Source: Mitsuaria sp. CC2 (GTDB lineage: Bacteria; Pseudomonadota; Gammaproteobacteria; Burkholderiales; Burkholderiaceae_C). From it: 24,000 nucleotides of DNA. The stretch is taken from NCBI RefSeq assembly GCF_048957715.1, contig NZ_JARVXN010000014.1, positions 64,476 to 88,475 of the forward strand. Direction: 5' to 3'. The position numbers and the translations under genes were made by a program. Positions within the stretch are counted from its first letter, which is position 1. The number at the start of each line of letters is the position of its first letter. Of the stretch, positions 8,913-16,525 are shown piece after piece. Under the pieces are notes generated by a model, which worked only from the letters and a program-made list of their open reading frames with translations, had not been told where the DNA came from and made no database searches.

Positions 8913-10379
8913 ATGAACGCCCTTGTCTGGTTCCGGCGCGATCTGCGCGCGGACGACCACGCCGCCCTCTTCCACGCCCTGAAGCACCACGAACGCGTGT
9001 TCTGCGCCTTCGTGCTGGACACGGACATCCTCGACGCGTTGCCGCGCGCGGACCGCCGCGTGGAATTCATCCTCGACGCCCTGCGCGTGCTCGACGCGGA
9101 TCTGGCGGCGCTGGCGCCAGGCGCCGGGCTGATCGTGCGCCACGGCGCCGCGCGGGAGCAGATGCCCGCCCTGGCGGCTGAACTGGGCGTGGACACGCTC
9201 TACTTCAACCACGACGACGAGCCGGACGCCCTGCGCCGCGACGCCGACGTGGGCGGAACGCTGCTCGCACGCGGCGTGCAGGTGGAGAGCTTCAAGGACC
9301 ACGTGGTCTTCGAGCGCTCGGAGATCCTGACCGGTTCACGCAAGCCCTACGGCGTCTTCACGCCCTACAAGAACGCGTGGTTGCGGGAGATCAATCCCTT
9401 CTTCCTCAGCAGCTATCCGGTCGAGCGTTACGCGTCGCATCTGGCGAAGGCCCCGCAACGGGGCGTTCCGGCGCTGGGCGACATCGGGTTCGAACCGGCC
9501 GGTCTCGCCGCTGCGCTGACCGGCGGCAGCGCGGGCGCCCAGCGGCTGTTCGACGAGTTCCTCGAGCGCATCGACCGCTACGGCGACACGCGCGATTTCC
9601 CGGCCGCCAAGGGTCCCAGCTACCTCAGCACGCACCTGCGCTTCGGGACGATCTCGATCCGCCGCCTGGCGCGCGAAGCCTGGGCGCGCGCCTACGCCCC
9701 GACGCGCGGCAGGACCGCGAGCGCGGGCGCGCAGATCTGGCTGTCGGAGCTGATCTGGCGCGATTTCTACCACCAGGTCCTGCATCACCATCCGCATGTC
9801 GTCGGCGGTGCGTTCCGGCCCGAATACGACCGCATCGCCTGGGCCGACGGCCCCGACGCGGATGCGGACTTCGAGGCCTGGTGCCAGGGCCGCACCGGTT
9901 ATCCGCTGGTCGACGCCGCCATGCACCAGATCAACGAGACCGGCTACATGCACAACCGGCTGCGCATGGTGACGGCCAGCTTCCTGATCAAGGACCTCGG
10001 CATCGACTGGCGTCGCGGCGAGGCCTACTTCGCCGAGAAGCTGATCGACTTCGACCTCGCCGCCAACAATGGCGGCTGGCAATGGGCCTCCTCCAGCGGC
10101 TGTGACGCGCAGCCCTACTTCCGCATCTTCAATCCGGTCAACCAGAGCGAGAAGTTCGATCCCGACGGCAAGTTCATCAAGCGCTACCTGCCGCAGCTCG
10201 CGAAGCTGCCGCCCAAGCTGATCCACGCGCCGTGGCTGGCGAAGCCGGAGGCGCTCGCGGCCTGCGGCGTGGTGCTGGGCCGCGACTATCCGGAACCGGT
10301 CGTGCGCCATGAGACGGCGCGCATGGCGACGATGGCGCGCTATGCCGTCGTCAAGGACCGGACCTTCCCCGACGCGTGA
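8913..10379 (+). CDS. phrB: Deoxyribodipyrimidine photolyase (class I cryptochrome/photolyase family)
   Basis: 488 aa; LVWFRRDLRADDHAAL...YLSTHLRFGTISIR...WLSELIWRDFYHQVL...GYPLVDAAMHQINETGYMHNRLRMVTASFLIKDLGIDWRRGEAYFAEKLIDFDLAANNGGWQWASSSGCDAQPYFRIFNP. Confidence 0.97.
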   Translation: MNALVWFRRDLRADDHAALFHALKHHERVFCAFVLDTDILDALPRADRRVEFILDALRVLDADLAALAPGAGLIVRHGAAREQMPALAAELGVDTLYFNHDDEPDALRRDADVGGTLLARGVQVESFKDHVVFERSEILTGSRKPYGVFTPYKNAWLREINPFFLSSYPVERYASHLAKAPQRGVPALGDIGFEPAGLAAALTGGSAGAQRLFDEFLERIDRYGDTRDFPAAKGPSYLSTHLRFGTISIRRLAREAWARAYAPTRGRTASAGAQIWLSELIWRDFYHQVLHHHPHVVGGAFRPEYDRIAWADGPDADADFEAWCQGRTGYPLVDAAMHQINETGYMHNRLRMVTASFLIKDLGIDWRRGEAYFAEKLIDFDLAANNGGWQWASSSGCDAQPYFRIFNPVNQSEKFDPDGKFIKRYLPQLAKLPPKLIHAPWLAKPEALAACGVVLGRDYPEPVVRHETARMATMARYAVVKDRTFPDA

Positions 10380-10433
10380 GCGTCAGCGGCGCGCGAACGC
10401 GCACGGCCACTGTGTGCACCCTGTGCCTGCCCA

Positions 10434-10961
10434 TCACTGGTACGTGAGCGTCACGCTGACGGCATCGATGTAGGGGCCGCCGGGGGGCACCGTGGTCTGG
10501 CGACCCGGAATGCGCGCATAGACGGTGTAGACCAGCCCTGGCGACAGCCCCAGCGCATCGAGCAGCAGACTGCCGCCGACCATCGTGCCGGTGGTGCCGT
10601 CGCCCCACACCGTCGTATAGGTGTTGTCGATGTAGAGGTTGTAGTTGAGCGCGTTCGCGCCGAATGCCAGGCGGCGACTGGAGATGCTCGGACCGCCGCC
10701 CTTGTCGAAGGCGACCGTGAACGGGACCAGCAAGCCCGCGACGCCGCCGCACTTCACCGTGACCGTGCCGGTCGAATCGGTGTTGCCGTAGGCCAGCGGG
10801 TTGTAGTTGGCGAACAGCACCGACGTCGTCGTGACGGTGCACGAGCACAAGCCCTGGATGCACAGCGCGTGCGCCGAGGGCGCCGCGCCGGTCAGCATCA
10901 GCCAGGGCAGAAGCCGAAGCAGGCTTGGCCGGCGTGACCGTCGGAAGGGTTTGGCGTTCAT
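10434..10961 (-). CDS. Spore coat protein U (SCPU)-domain pilus subunit downstream of the usher
   Basis: 175 aa; signal peptide ending AHA, then LCIQGLCSCTVTTTSVLFANYNPLAYGNTDSTGTVTVKCGG...RRLAFGANALNYNLYIDNTYTTVWGDGTTGT...YIDAVSVTLTY. ATGA overlap with the usher stop. Confidence 0.85.
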   Translation of the reverse strand: MNAKPFRRSRRPSLLRLLPWLMLTGAAPSAHALCIQGLCSCTVTTTSVLFANYNPLAYGNTDSTGTVTVKCGGVAGLLVPFTVAFDKGGGPSISSRRLAFGANALNYNLYIDNTYTTVWGDGTTGTMVGGSLLLDALGLSPGLVYTVYARIPGRQTTVPPGGPYIDAVSVTLTYQ

Positions 10962-13483
10962 CGCGACTCCTTTCGGGCGTTCGTGTCAGAGGTCTCTGCC
11001 GGGACAGACGCTGCGGGCGCGCCCGCCTTGGGCGGCGCACCGGTCGACCAGGCCGTGATCCTGCGGCACACCACGGTACCGAGATCCGGCAGTTCCGTCA
11101 CCTGCGCCGGCAGCTTCAGCTCGATGCGGCACGGCGTGCCGTCCTCGCGCCGTGCCAGCACGTCGCCGATCGCGCCGCCACCGTCGGGCAGCCCCGTCAC
11201 GAACGCCCGACCGTCCAGGCCCATCGGGAATGTGCGCTTCGATCCGGCGACCTGCAAATCGGTCCCCGGCGGCAGCGGCTCGCCGGCCTCGTCGACGACG
11301 CGGAAGGTCGCGGTGCGGCTGTGCACGATCGGGAACCGGATGAGCGCCGCGCTGCGCGCCGCCGGCATGACCTGCAGCTCCAGCGCCTCGATCTCCGAAT
11401 CCAGCGGCAGATCGTCGGCGACCACGCCGACGCGGTTCACCTGATAGCCCCGCAGCGCCGGCAGGAACGCCCGCCCCTTGCCATCGGTGCGCGCGACCGG
11501 CTGGTTGTCGTGGAGGATGCGGACGTTCGCCTGGTTGTCGACCTGCACGACGGCGAAGCCCCCGTCGATGCGACGGCTCGCATAAGCGCCGCCGTCGATG
11601 TACGCCAGCCCGCCGCTCGCGCCGAGCCTCACGTCGGTGTTGCCCGACATCCGCGAGACGCCGCCGTCCAGCGCCACCACGTTGGTCTGCCACTGCGCCT
11701 GCGCCTGCTGCCGGCCGTGCGACTCCGTCAGCAGCTGGTAACCGAGGCCTTCGCCGACCGGCGGGTTGCTCTGCAACTGGACCTGCCAGAGATCCCGCGC
11801 CTGCTGCCCGCCGCCGCGCTGGCCCTGCCAGGCCGTCGACAGGCTCTTGTTCCCGTCGAGCAGCAGGCTCCAGAAGACCGAGATCGCCGTGCCGCCGCCG
11901 TTGCCCGCCTTCAGCGCGGACAGGCCGAAGAAACCCCAGCCGGCGAGGCTGCGGCTGGCGTTGAAGGACCAGAGCTTGTTGGCCACCTGCAGCTGCCCCT
12001 GGGGCGCGGGCCGCTGCGGCGCCCCCTGGTTCACGAGTCCGATGCCCAAGCCCCACTGCTTCCAGGAGGTCCCCACCGACGCCGAGACGCTCCACTTCGG
12101 CAGCACCGCGTTGCCGAGCTGCGTGAAGCCCGCCGTGGCGCGCTTGACCTGCACGCCGCCGCTCCAGTCCATGCCCTGGCGTTCGACACCCAGCGTCGCG
12201 AGCGCGCCGCGGCGCGCCTCGGGATCGTCGCTGCGGCTGGCCACGCCCGCTACGCTCACCGTGCCCAGGGCGGGGAACAGCCACAACCCCGTCGCGCCGA
12301 GCGCCTGCTGGCGCTGCGTGAGCTCTCCGCGCCATTCCTGCGTGAAACCGGAGGTGAGCCCGTTGCGCCAGGTGCCGGCCAGCACCGCGCGGCCGTAGCG
12401 GTTGCTGTCGATCCCGTAGTTCAGCCGCAGCCATCCGGCCTCGACGCTGTAGGCCGAGAGTCCCGGCTTCAGCAGCGACGGGCTGATGTAGTAAGGCTGC
12501 ACGACGATCTGCTCGCGGCCGAGCAGGTCCCGCACCACGGTGCGGATCTCCCCCTGGCCGGTGACCAGCGGGAGATCGCTGATGTCGAAAGGGCCGGGCT
12601 GCACGCGCCCTTGCAGGCGTTGGCTGTTGTTGACGAAAACGTCCACCGTCGATGGCAGCGATGCCTCGCCGCGCAGGGTCGGGAGCGGGAAGCTCAGGAA
12701 TCCGGGCCGCAGCGAGAAGTCGGTGCTCCACTGCACGCCGCCGAAGCGCATCGCCTGGCCCCAGGTGCCCGGCTGCGCGATGCCGTCTCCGAGCCGCCAG
12801 CTGGTCAGGTGCTCGGGACGGTCGATGGTCCAGCGCGTATCCAGGCGCACCCAGCCGCCGCCCGTGCCGCTGCGATACAGCTGCTGGTGGTTGAGGTCGC
12901 CGCGCGGCGTCAGCACGCCGAGTTCGGTCACGCCGTCGACGTTGCCGTCACCGCTGAGGCGCTTCTGCCATTGCACGTCGTAATTGGCGAAGATCCCGAA
13001 GGTCGACGGCAAGGTCACCTGCGTGGCGGAACGCGCCACCTCGACCTGCTGGTCGGAGAACGCCTGCGGCGGCGCGTCGATCTCGAGCGTCTGGCTGAGT
13101 TCCTCGACACGCCAGCGCATCAGTTCGCCGGGGCCTTCGCCGAGGATCATGTGGAGCTCGCCGTCGATCATCCGCGGCGGCAGCGCCGGCGGCCGGAACT
13201 TGAACTCGGTCCAGAGCGCCTGCGGGATGGCGACGCCCTCGGGAACGCGCACCGCGCGCACCGTCTGCGGCTGCGGGATGCCGTTGATCTTCAAGCCCAG
13301 CAGCAGGGTCTCGCCGAAGCGTGGGGCCTGGCCCAGCGCCTGCGCCGGGTCGGAAGCGGGCAACGACGGCGGCAGGGACGAGGGCGACGGCGGCGCAGGC
13401 GGCGGCTGCTGGGCCTGCGCCGCGGCGGTCATGCACAGGCAGACCGCCGCCGGCAGCAGGCCGGATTCACTTGCCCGCCGCAC
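10958..13483 (-). CDS. Fimbrial outer-membrane usher (archaic Csu-type chaperone-usher pathway)
   Basis: 841 aa; ETLLLGLKINGIPQPQTVRAVRVPEG...FDISDLPLVTGQGEIRTVVRDLLGREQIVVQPYYISPSLLKPGLSAYSVEAGWLR...RIELKLPAQVTELPDLGTVVCR. Confidence 0.93.
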   Translation of the reverse strand: MRRASESGLLPAAVCLCMTAAAQAQQPPPAPPSPSSLPPSLPASDPAQALGQAPRFGETLLLGLKINGIPQPQTVRAVRVPEGVAIPQALWTEFKFRPPALPPRMIDGELHMILGEGPGELMRWRVEELSQTLEIDAPPQAFSDQQVEVARSATQVTLPSTFGIFANYDVQWQKRLSGDGNVDGVTELGVLTPRGDLNHQQLYRSGTGGGWVRLDTRWTIDRPEHLTSWRLGDGIAQPGTWGQAMRFGGVQWSTDFSLRPGFLSFPLPTLRGEASLPSTVDVFVNNSQRLQGRVQPGPFDISDLPLVTGQGEIRTVVRDLLGREQIVVQPYYISPSLLKPGLSAYSVEAGWLRLNYGIDSNRYGRAVLAGTWRNGLTSGFTQEWRGELTQRQQALGATGLWLFPALGTVSVAGVASRSDDPEARRGALATLGVERQGMDWSGGVQVKRATAGFTQLGNAVLPKWSVSASVGTSWKQWGLGIGLVNQGAPQRPAPQGQLQVANKLWSFNASRSLAGWGFFGLSALKAGNGGGTAISVFWSLLLDGNKSLSTAWQGQRGGGQQARDLWQVQLQSNPPVGEGLGYQLLTESHGRQQAQAQWQTNVVALDGGVSRMSGNTDVRLGASGGLAYIDGGAYASRRIDGGFAVVQVDNQANVRILHDNQPVARTDGKGRAFLPALRGYQVNRVGVVADDLPLDSEIEALELQVMPAARSAALIRFPIVHSRTATFRVVDEAGEPLPPGTDLQVAGSKRTFPMGLDGRAFVTGLPDGGGAIGDVLARREDGTPCRIELKLPAQVTELPDLGTVVCRRITAWSTGAPPKAGAPAASVPAETSDTNARKESR

Positions 13484-14225
13484 CGGCCGAGACCTGCTGC
13501 AGCCCCTGGTCCGTCATGACCTGCAGATTGCCGGGCGGGCCGGCGGGCGTGGGGATGCGGTAGCTGCGCTGCTCGCCGGGGAACACGACACTTTGCGCGC
13601 CCGGCACCGCCATGGACTTCACCTCGCCGTTGGCGCTGGTGACGCGCAGTTCGCTGACCTTCACATGGACGTTGCCGGCGTTGGTCACCGTCGCCACGGT
13701 TTCGCCGCTGCTGGCACGCTGGACGCTCCAGCTCGAGTCCCGCCGCACCTGGTTGGGCGCCACGTAGACCGGCACCCGCAACGCCACCAGCACGCGCACC
13801 GCGCCGGTCACCTGCGTGTCGCCGCCCTGACGCGCCACCGGTACCTCGCGCAGCACCATGCGGTAGGTGGCCTCCTGCTGCAGGTCCGGCGGGCGGCGCA
13901 GGCCCACGCGCAAGACCTGGACCTGTCCGGCCTGCAGCGTGAAGATCGGCGGGTTCACCAGCAGGTCCGTCGTCGGACCGTCGACGTCCTGGCCGTTCTC
14001 CCGCGTCCAGCGGATGCCCTCGGCCTGCATCGTCACCGGCTCGGTGCCGTTGTTCTGGACCTGCACCGTCGCCCGGTCGTTCGCGCGGTCCAGCCGCACG
14101 TTGACGGGCATGATGCTGACGTCGGCGGCACGAGCCGCCGGCATCGCCAGCAGCACCACCACGAATACCGCCAGCACTGCCGTCATGCCCGGGACGGCGG
14201 CCAGCCCACGTCGGATCGTGTTCAT
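13467..14225 (-). CDS. Periplasmic pilus chaperone (PapD-like, archaic family)
   Basis: 252 aa; signal peptide MNTIRRGLAAV...MPAARA, then ADVSIMPVNVRLDRANDRATVQVQNNG...LLVNPPIFTLQAGQVQVLRVGLRR...SVVFPGEQRSYRI. 17-bp overlap with the usher. Confidence 0.92.
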   Translation of the reverse strand: MNTIRRGLAAVPGMTAVLAVFVVVLLAMPAARAADVSIMPVNVRLDRANDRATVQVQNNGTEPVTMQAEGIRWTRENGQDVDGPTTDLLVNPPIFTLQAGQVQVLRVGLRRPPDLQQEATYRMVLREVPVARQGGDTQVTGAVRVLVALRVPVYVAPNQVRRDSSWSVQRASSGETVATVTNAGNVHVKVSELRVTSANGEVKSMAVPGAQSVVFPGEQRSYRIPTPAGPPGNLQVMTDQGLQQVSAGAAGK

Positions 14226-14303
14226 CGGTTTCTCTCCTGTCGTCTTGTCGTCCGATGTCCCCCCAGGCGTTCCGGCCGCCCGCAGCCGTCCTCTCCCTTG
14301 TGC

Positions 14304-14319
14304 GCCGCCCGCAGGCGGC
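14304..14319. terminator. Short hairpin (GCCGCC-CGCA-GGCGGC) between the first pilus subunit and the chaperone
   Basis: Perfect 6-bp stem with 4-nt loop located 12 nt past the SCPU stop; could attenuate or process the transcript. Short and GC-rich, so weak. Confidence 0.3.
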
Positions 14320-14331
14320 TGGCGATCGCCT

Positions 14332-14835
14332 TCAGTAGGACACCGTCACGGTGACCGTGTCCGTGTACGCCCCGGGCACCGCGCCAGTCAGCGAGGGCAC
14401 CTGGCCATAGATGGTGACGCTCTGAATGCCCCCCGTCCCCGTGCCGCTGTAGACGGTGCTGCCGCCGGTGCTGTTGCCCCAGACGGAGGTCCGCCCCGCG
14501 TCGACGTAGAGCTGGTAGCCGAGCGAGTAGGCGCCGTTGATCATCTTGCGGGCGGCGAAGTTGGCCGCACCGCCGGCGTTGCTCCCGGCGCTGAGGGCGA
14601 CGGTATAGGCCGTGGTGGCCGTGCATTCGATGGTCAGCGTCGAAGTGCCGTTCACCGGCCCAGCGCCGATCGGGTTGATGGCGGAGCCGAAGGCCAGCGT
14701 CGAGCCCGACACATTGCAGGCGGACGACACCGTCGTCTGCGACGTGAGCGTGTTGGTCGCCGTGCCGCCGCGCGCAACGCCGATCAGGCCGACGAGCGCG
14801 GCCGTGATCAGGAGTAGCGGGAGGCTTCTCCGCAT
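14332..14835 (-). CDS. SCPU-domain major pilus subunit (CsuA/B-like)
   Basis: 167 aa; signal peptide, TNTLTSQTTVSSACNVSGSTLAFGSAINPIGAGPVNGTSTLTIECTATTAYTVALSAGSNAGG...YQLYVDAGRTSVWGNSTGGSTVYSGTGTGGIQSVTIYGQVPS...YTDTVTVTVSY. Confidence 0.92.
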   Translation of the reverse strand: MRRSLPLLLITAALVGLIGVARGGTATNTLTSQTTVSSACNVSGSTLAFGSAINPIGAGPVNGTSTLTIECTATTAYTVALSAGSNAGGAANFAARKMINGAYSLGYQLYVDAGRTSVWGNSTGGSTVYSGTGTGGIQSVTIYGQVPSLTGAVPGAYTDTVTVTVSY

Positions 14836-14846
14836 CCGTGTCCCCG

Positions 14847-15731
14847 TCAGTGCACCACGGCGCTGCCCCTTTCGGGCAGCCGCGTGCCATGCGCCCGGGC
14901 CTCCGCAAGGACGAGAAGGCCGCGCGCGGAGATCGCGTCGCGGGGATAGACGGCCAGGCCGACATGGCTGTCCAGCCGCACCTCATGACCGCCCAGATCG
15001 AAGGGGTCGGCCAGCGATTCGCGGATGCGGTCCGTCAGCGCTTCCGCCTCCTGCACCGAACCGGCGCGCGAGACGACCAGCGCGAACTGCTCGGTGGCAT
15101 GCCGGGCCAGCAGATCGGCCGGGCCGGCGCAGCCCGACATCCGCCGGCCGATCTCCACCAGCACCGGTGCCGCGCCTGAAACGCCCTGGCTGCGCAGCAG
15201 CGCCTCCAGCCCCTTCAGCACGACCACCGTGACGGCCACCTTGCCGGCCTCAGCATTGACCAGTCGCAGGACCTGATCGAGGCGTTCGAGCAAGGCGACC
15301 TGCCCCAGCAACCCGGTCTCGGCATCGCGCAGCAGCGGCGACGGCCGCTGCTGCCGACCGCCGACGAGTTCGCTCTGCATCAGTTCCTCCAGGTCGCCGA
15401 ACAGCGTCTCCATGCCGGAGGCCTTGTCGTAGAAGCCGTCGGCGCCGGCCTGCATGCACATGTCGCGGTAGGCGTCCATCGCGTGATGCGTGAGCATCAG
15501 GATGCGTCCCCGATACCCCTTTCGGCGCAGGGCGCGCAGCACGTCGATGCCGGTCCCCACCAGCAGCGTCATGTCCAGCAGCACCGTGTCCGGCTGCAGC
15601 CAGTCGATCAGCGCGATCGCCTGCGGCGCGGAGTCGGCCTCTCCCACGACGCGCGCGCCGGCCATGTCCTCGAGCCGGCGTGCCAGGAGACGGCGGATGG
15701 CCGACGAGTCCTCGACGAGAAAGATGTCCAT
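14847..15731 (-). CDS. Response regulator receiver domain fused to a degenerate GGDEF domain (294 aa)
   Basis: MDIFLVEDSSAIRRLLARRLEDMAGARVVGEADS...QPDTVLLDMTLL...RILMLTHHAMDAY...GFYDKASG, then DAETGLLGQVALLERLDQVLRL...LARHATEQFALVVSR...HVGLAVYPRD. A GGAG-like Shine-Dalgarno (minus-strand CCGGAG, 15741-15746) supports the ATG at 15731. Confidence 0.85.
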   Translation of the reverse strand: MDIFLVEDSSAIRRLLARRLEDMAGARVVGEADSAPQAIALIDWLQPDTVLLDMTLLVGTGIDVLRALRRKGYRGRILMLTHHAMDAYRDMCMQAGADGFYDKASGMETLFGDLEELMQSELVGGRQQRPSPLLRDAETGLLGQVALLERLDQVLRLVNAEAGKVAVTVVVLKGLEALLRSQGVSGAAPVLVEIGRRMSGCAGPADLLARHATEQFALVVSRAGSVQEAEALTDRIRESLADPFDLGGHEVRLDSHVGLAVYPRDAISARGLLVLAEARAHGTRLPERGSAVVH

Positions 15732-15752
15732 GAAGCAGTACTCCGGAGCGAT

Positions 15753-15773
15753 GCGGTGACTGGTTGTCACCGC
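15753..15773. promoter_or_regulatory. Perfect inverted repeat GCGGTGAC-TGGTT-GTCACCGC upstream of the REC-GGDEF gene
   Basis: 8-bp perfect arms, 5-nt spacer, centred about 32 bp upstream of the start codon at 15731. Confidence 0.5.
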
Positions 15774-15805
15774 CTGTCCGGCATCTTGCGCGCGCCCTCG
15801 CGCCC

Positions 15806-15835
15806 ACATCAGCGGCACCCCGCCCAAGCTGATGT
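15806..15835. promoter_or_regulatory. Perfect inverted repeat ACATCAGC-N14-GCTGATGT upstream of the REC-GGDEF gene
   Basis: Arms 15806-15813 and 15828-15835 within the 155-bp gap between the LuxR-type regulator and the REC-GGDEF gene; operator-like dyad or hairpin. Confidence 0.4.
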
Positions 15836-15886
15836 CGGGTTCCCTCCGCAGGGTTTGTCGGGCGATCACCTACGTCCTCCGCGGGG

Positions 15887-16525
15887 TCACTGGATGTCCG
15901 TGAGACCGTGCTGGACGCAGTACTTCGTCAGCTCGGTGTTGTTGCGCCAGCCTGTCTTCTCGAGGATGCGCGCCCGGTAGGTGCCGACCGTCTTGGCCGA
16001 CAGGTGCATGGTGTCGGCGATCTCGGCCGGCGTCTTGCCGGCGGCGATCAGCAGCATCACGCGGTGCTCCTGCGCCGACAGCTGCTCGTGGGGCAACTGG
16101 CCCGGCGTGGCCCCGCTCAGCAGACCCAGCAGATGGTCCGCCATCGCCGCGGTGACGTAGCGCCCCCCCTGCAGCAGCCGTTGCAAGGCGACGACCAGTT
16201 CGTCGGTCGCCTTGTCCTTGGGCAGATAACCGGACACGCCCATCTGCAGCAGCCGCGCCGCATAGGCGGACTCCGCATTGAGGCTCAGCACCAGCACGGG
16301 CACGCCCTTGATCGCCCGCAGCATGCGGCTCGCGCCCTCGGTCCCGCTCGCGTCGGGCAAGGACAGGTCCAGCACCAGCGCGTCCGGCTTGTGCGCCTGA
16401 CCGAGTTGCAGCCCCTCGGCGATGGTCGACGCTTCGTCGATCACCGCCTGCGGCCAGTAACCCTGGATCAACTGCTTGACCCCGAGCCGCATGATCGGAT
16501 GGTCGTCAACGATCAGAAATCTCAT
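15887..16525 (-). CDS. NarL/LuxR-family two-component response regulator
   Basis: 212 aa; MRFLIVDDHPIMRLGVKQLI...ALVLDLSLPDASG...VLVLSLNAES...GYLPKDKATDEL...LSAQEHRVMLLIAAGKTPAEIADTMHLSAKTVGTYRARILEKTGWRNNTEL. The tracked start at 16729 lies inside the kinase gene. Confidence 0.95.
   Translation of the reverse strand: MRFLIVDDHPIMRLGVKQLIQGYWPQAVIDEASTIAEGLQLGQAHKPDALVLDLSLPDASGTEGASRMLRAIKGVPVLVLSLNAESAYAARLLQMGVSGYLPKDKATDELVVALQRLLQGGRYVTAAMADHLLGLLSGATPGQLPHEQLSAQEHRVMLLIAAGKTPAEIADTMHLSAKTVGTYRARILEKTGWRNNTELTKYCVQHGLTDIQ

Noticed and set aside
10380-10433. GCGCG/CGCGC palindromic stretch between convergent phr and SCPU genes
   Set aside because: Very short, low-complexity GC palindrome with too small a loop to be a convincing terminator.
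10925-13519. 864-aa plus-strand ORF antisense to the usher
   Set aside because: Arg/Ala/Pro/Gly-rich shadow ORF with no recognisable domain; the opposite strand encodes a clear usher. Typical artefact of high-GC third codon positions.
12984-14354. 456-aa plus-strand ORF antisense to the chaperone and usher N-terminus
   Set aside because: Compositional shadow (His/Arg-rich) with no recognisable family.
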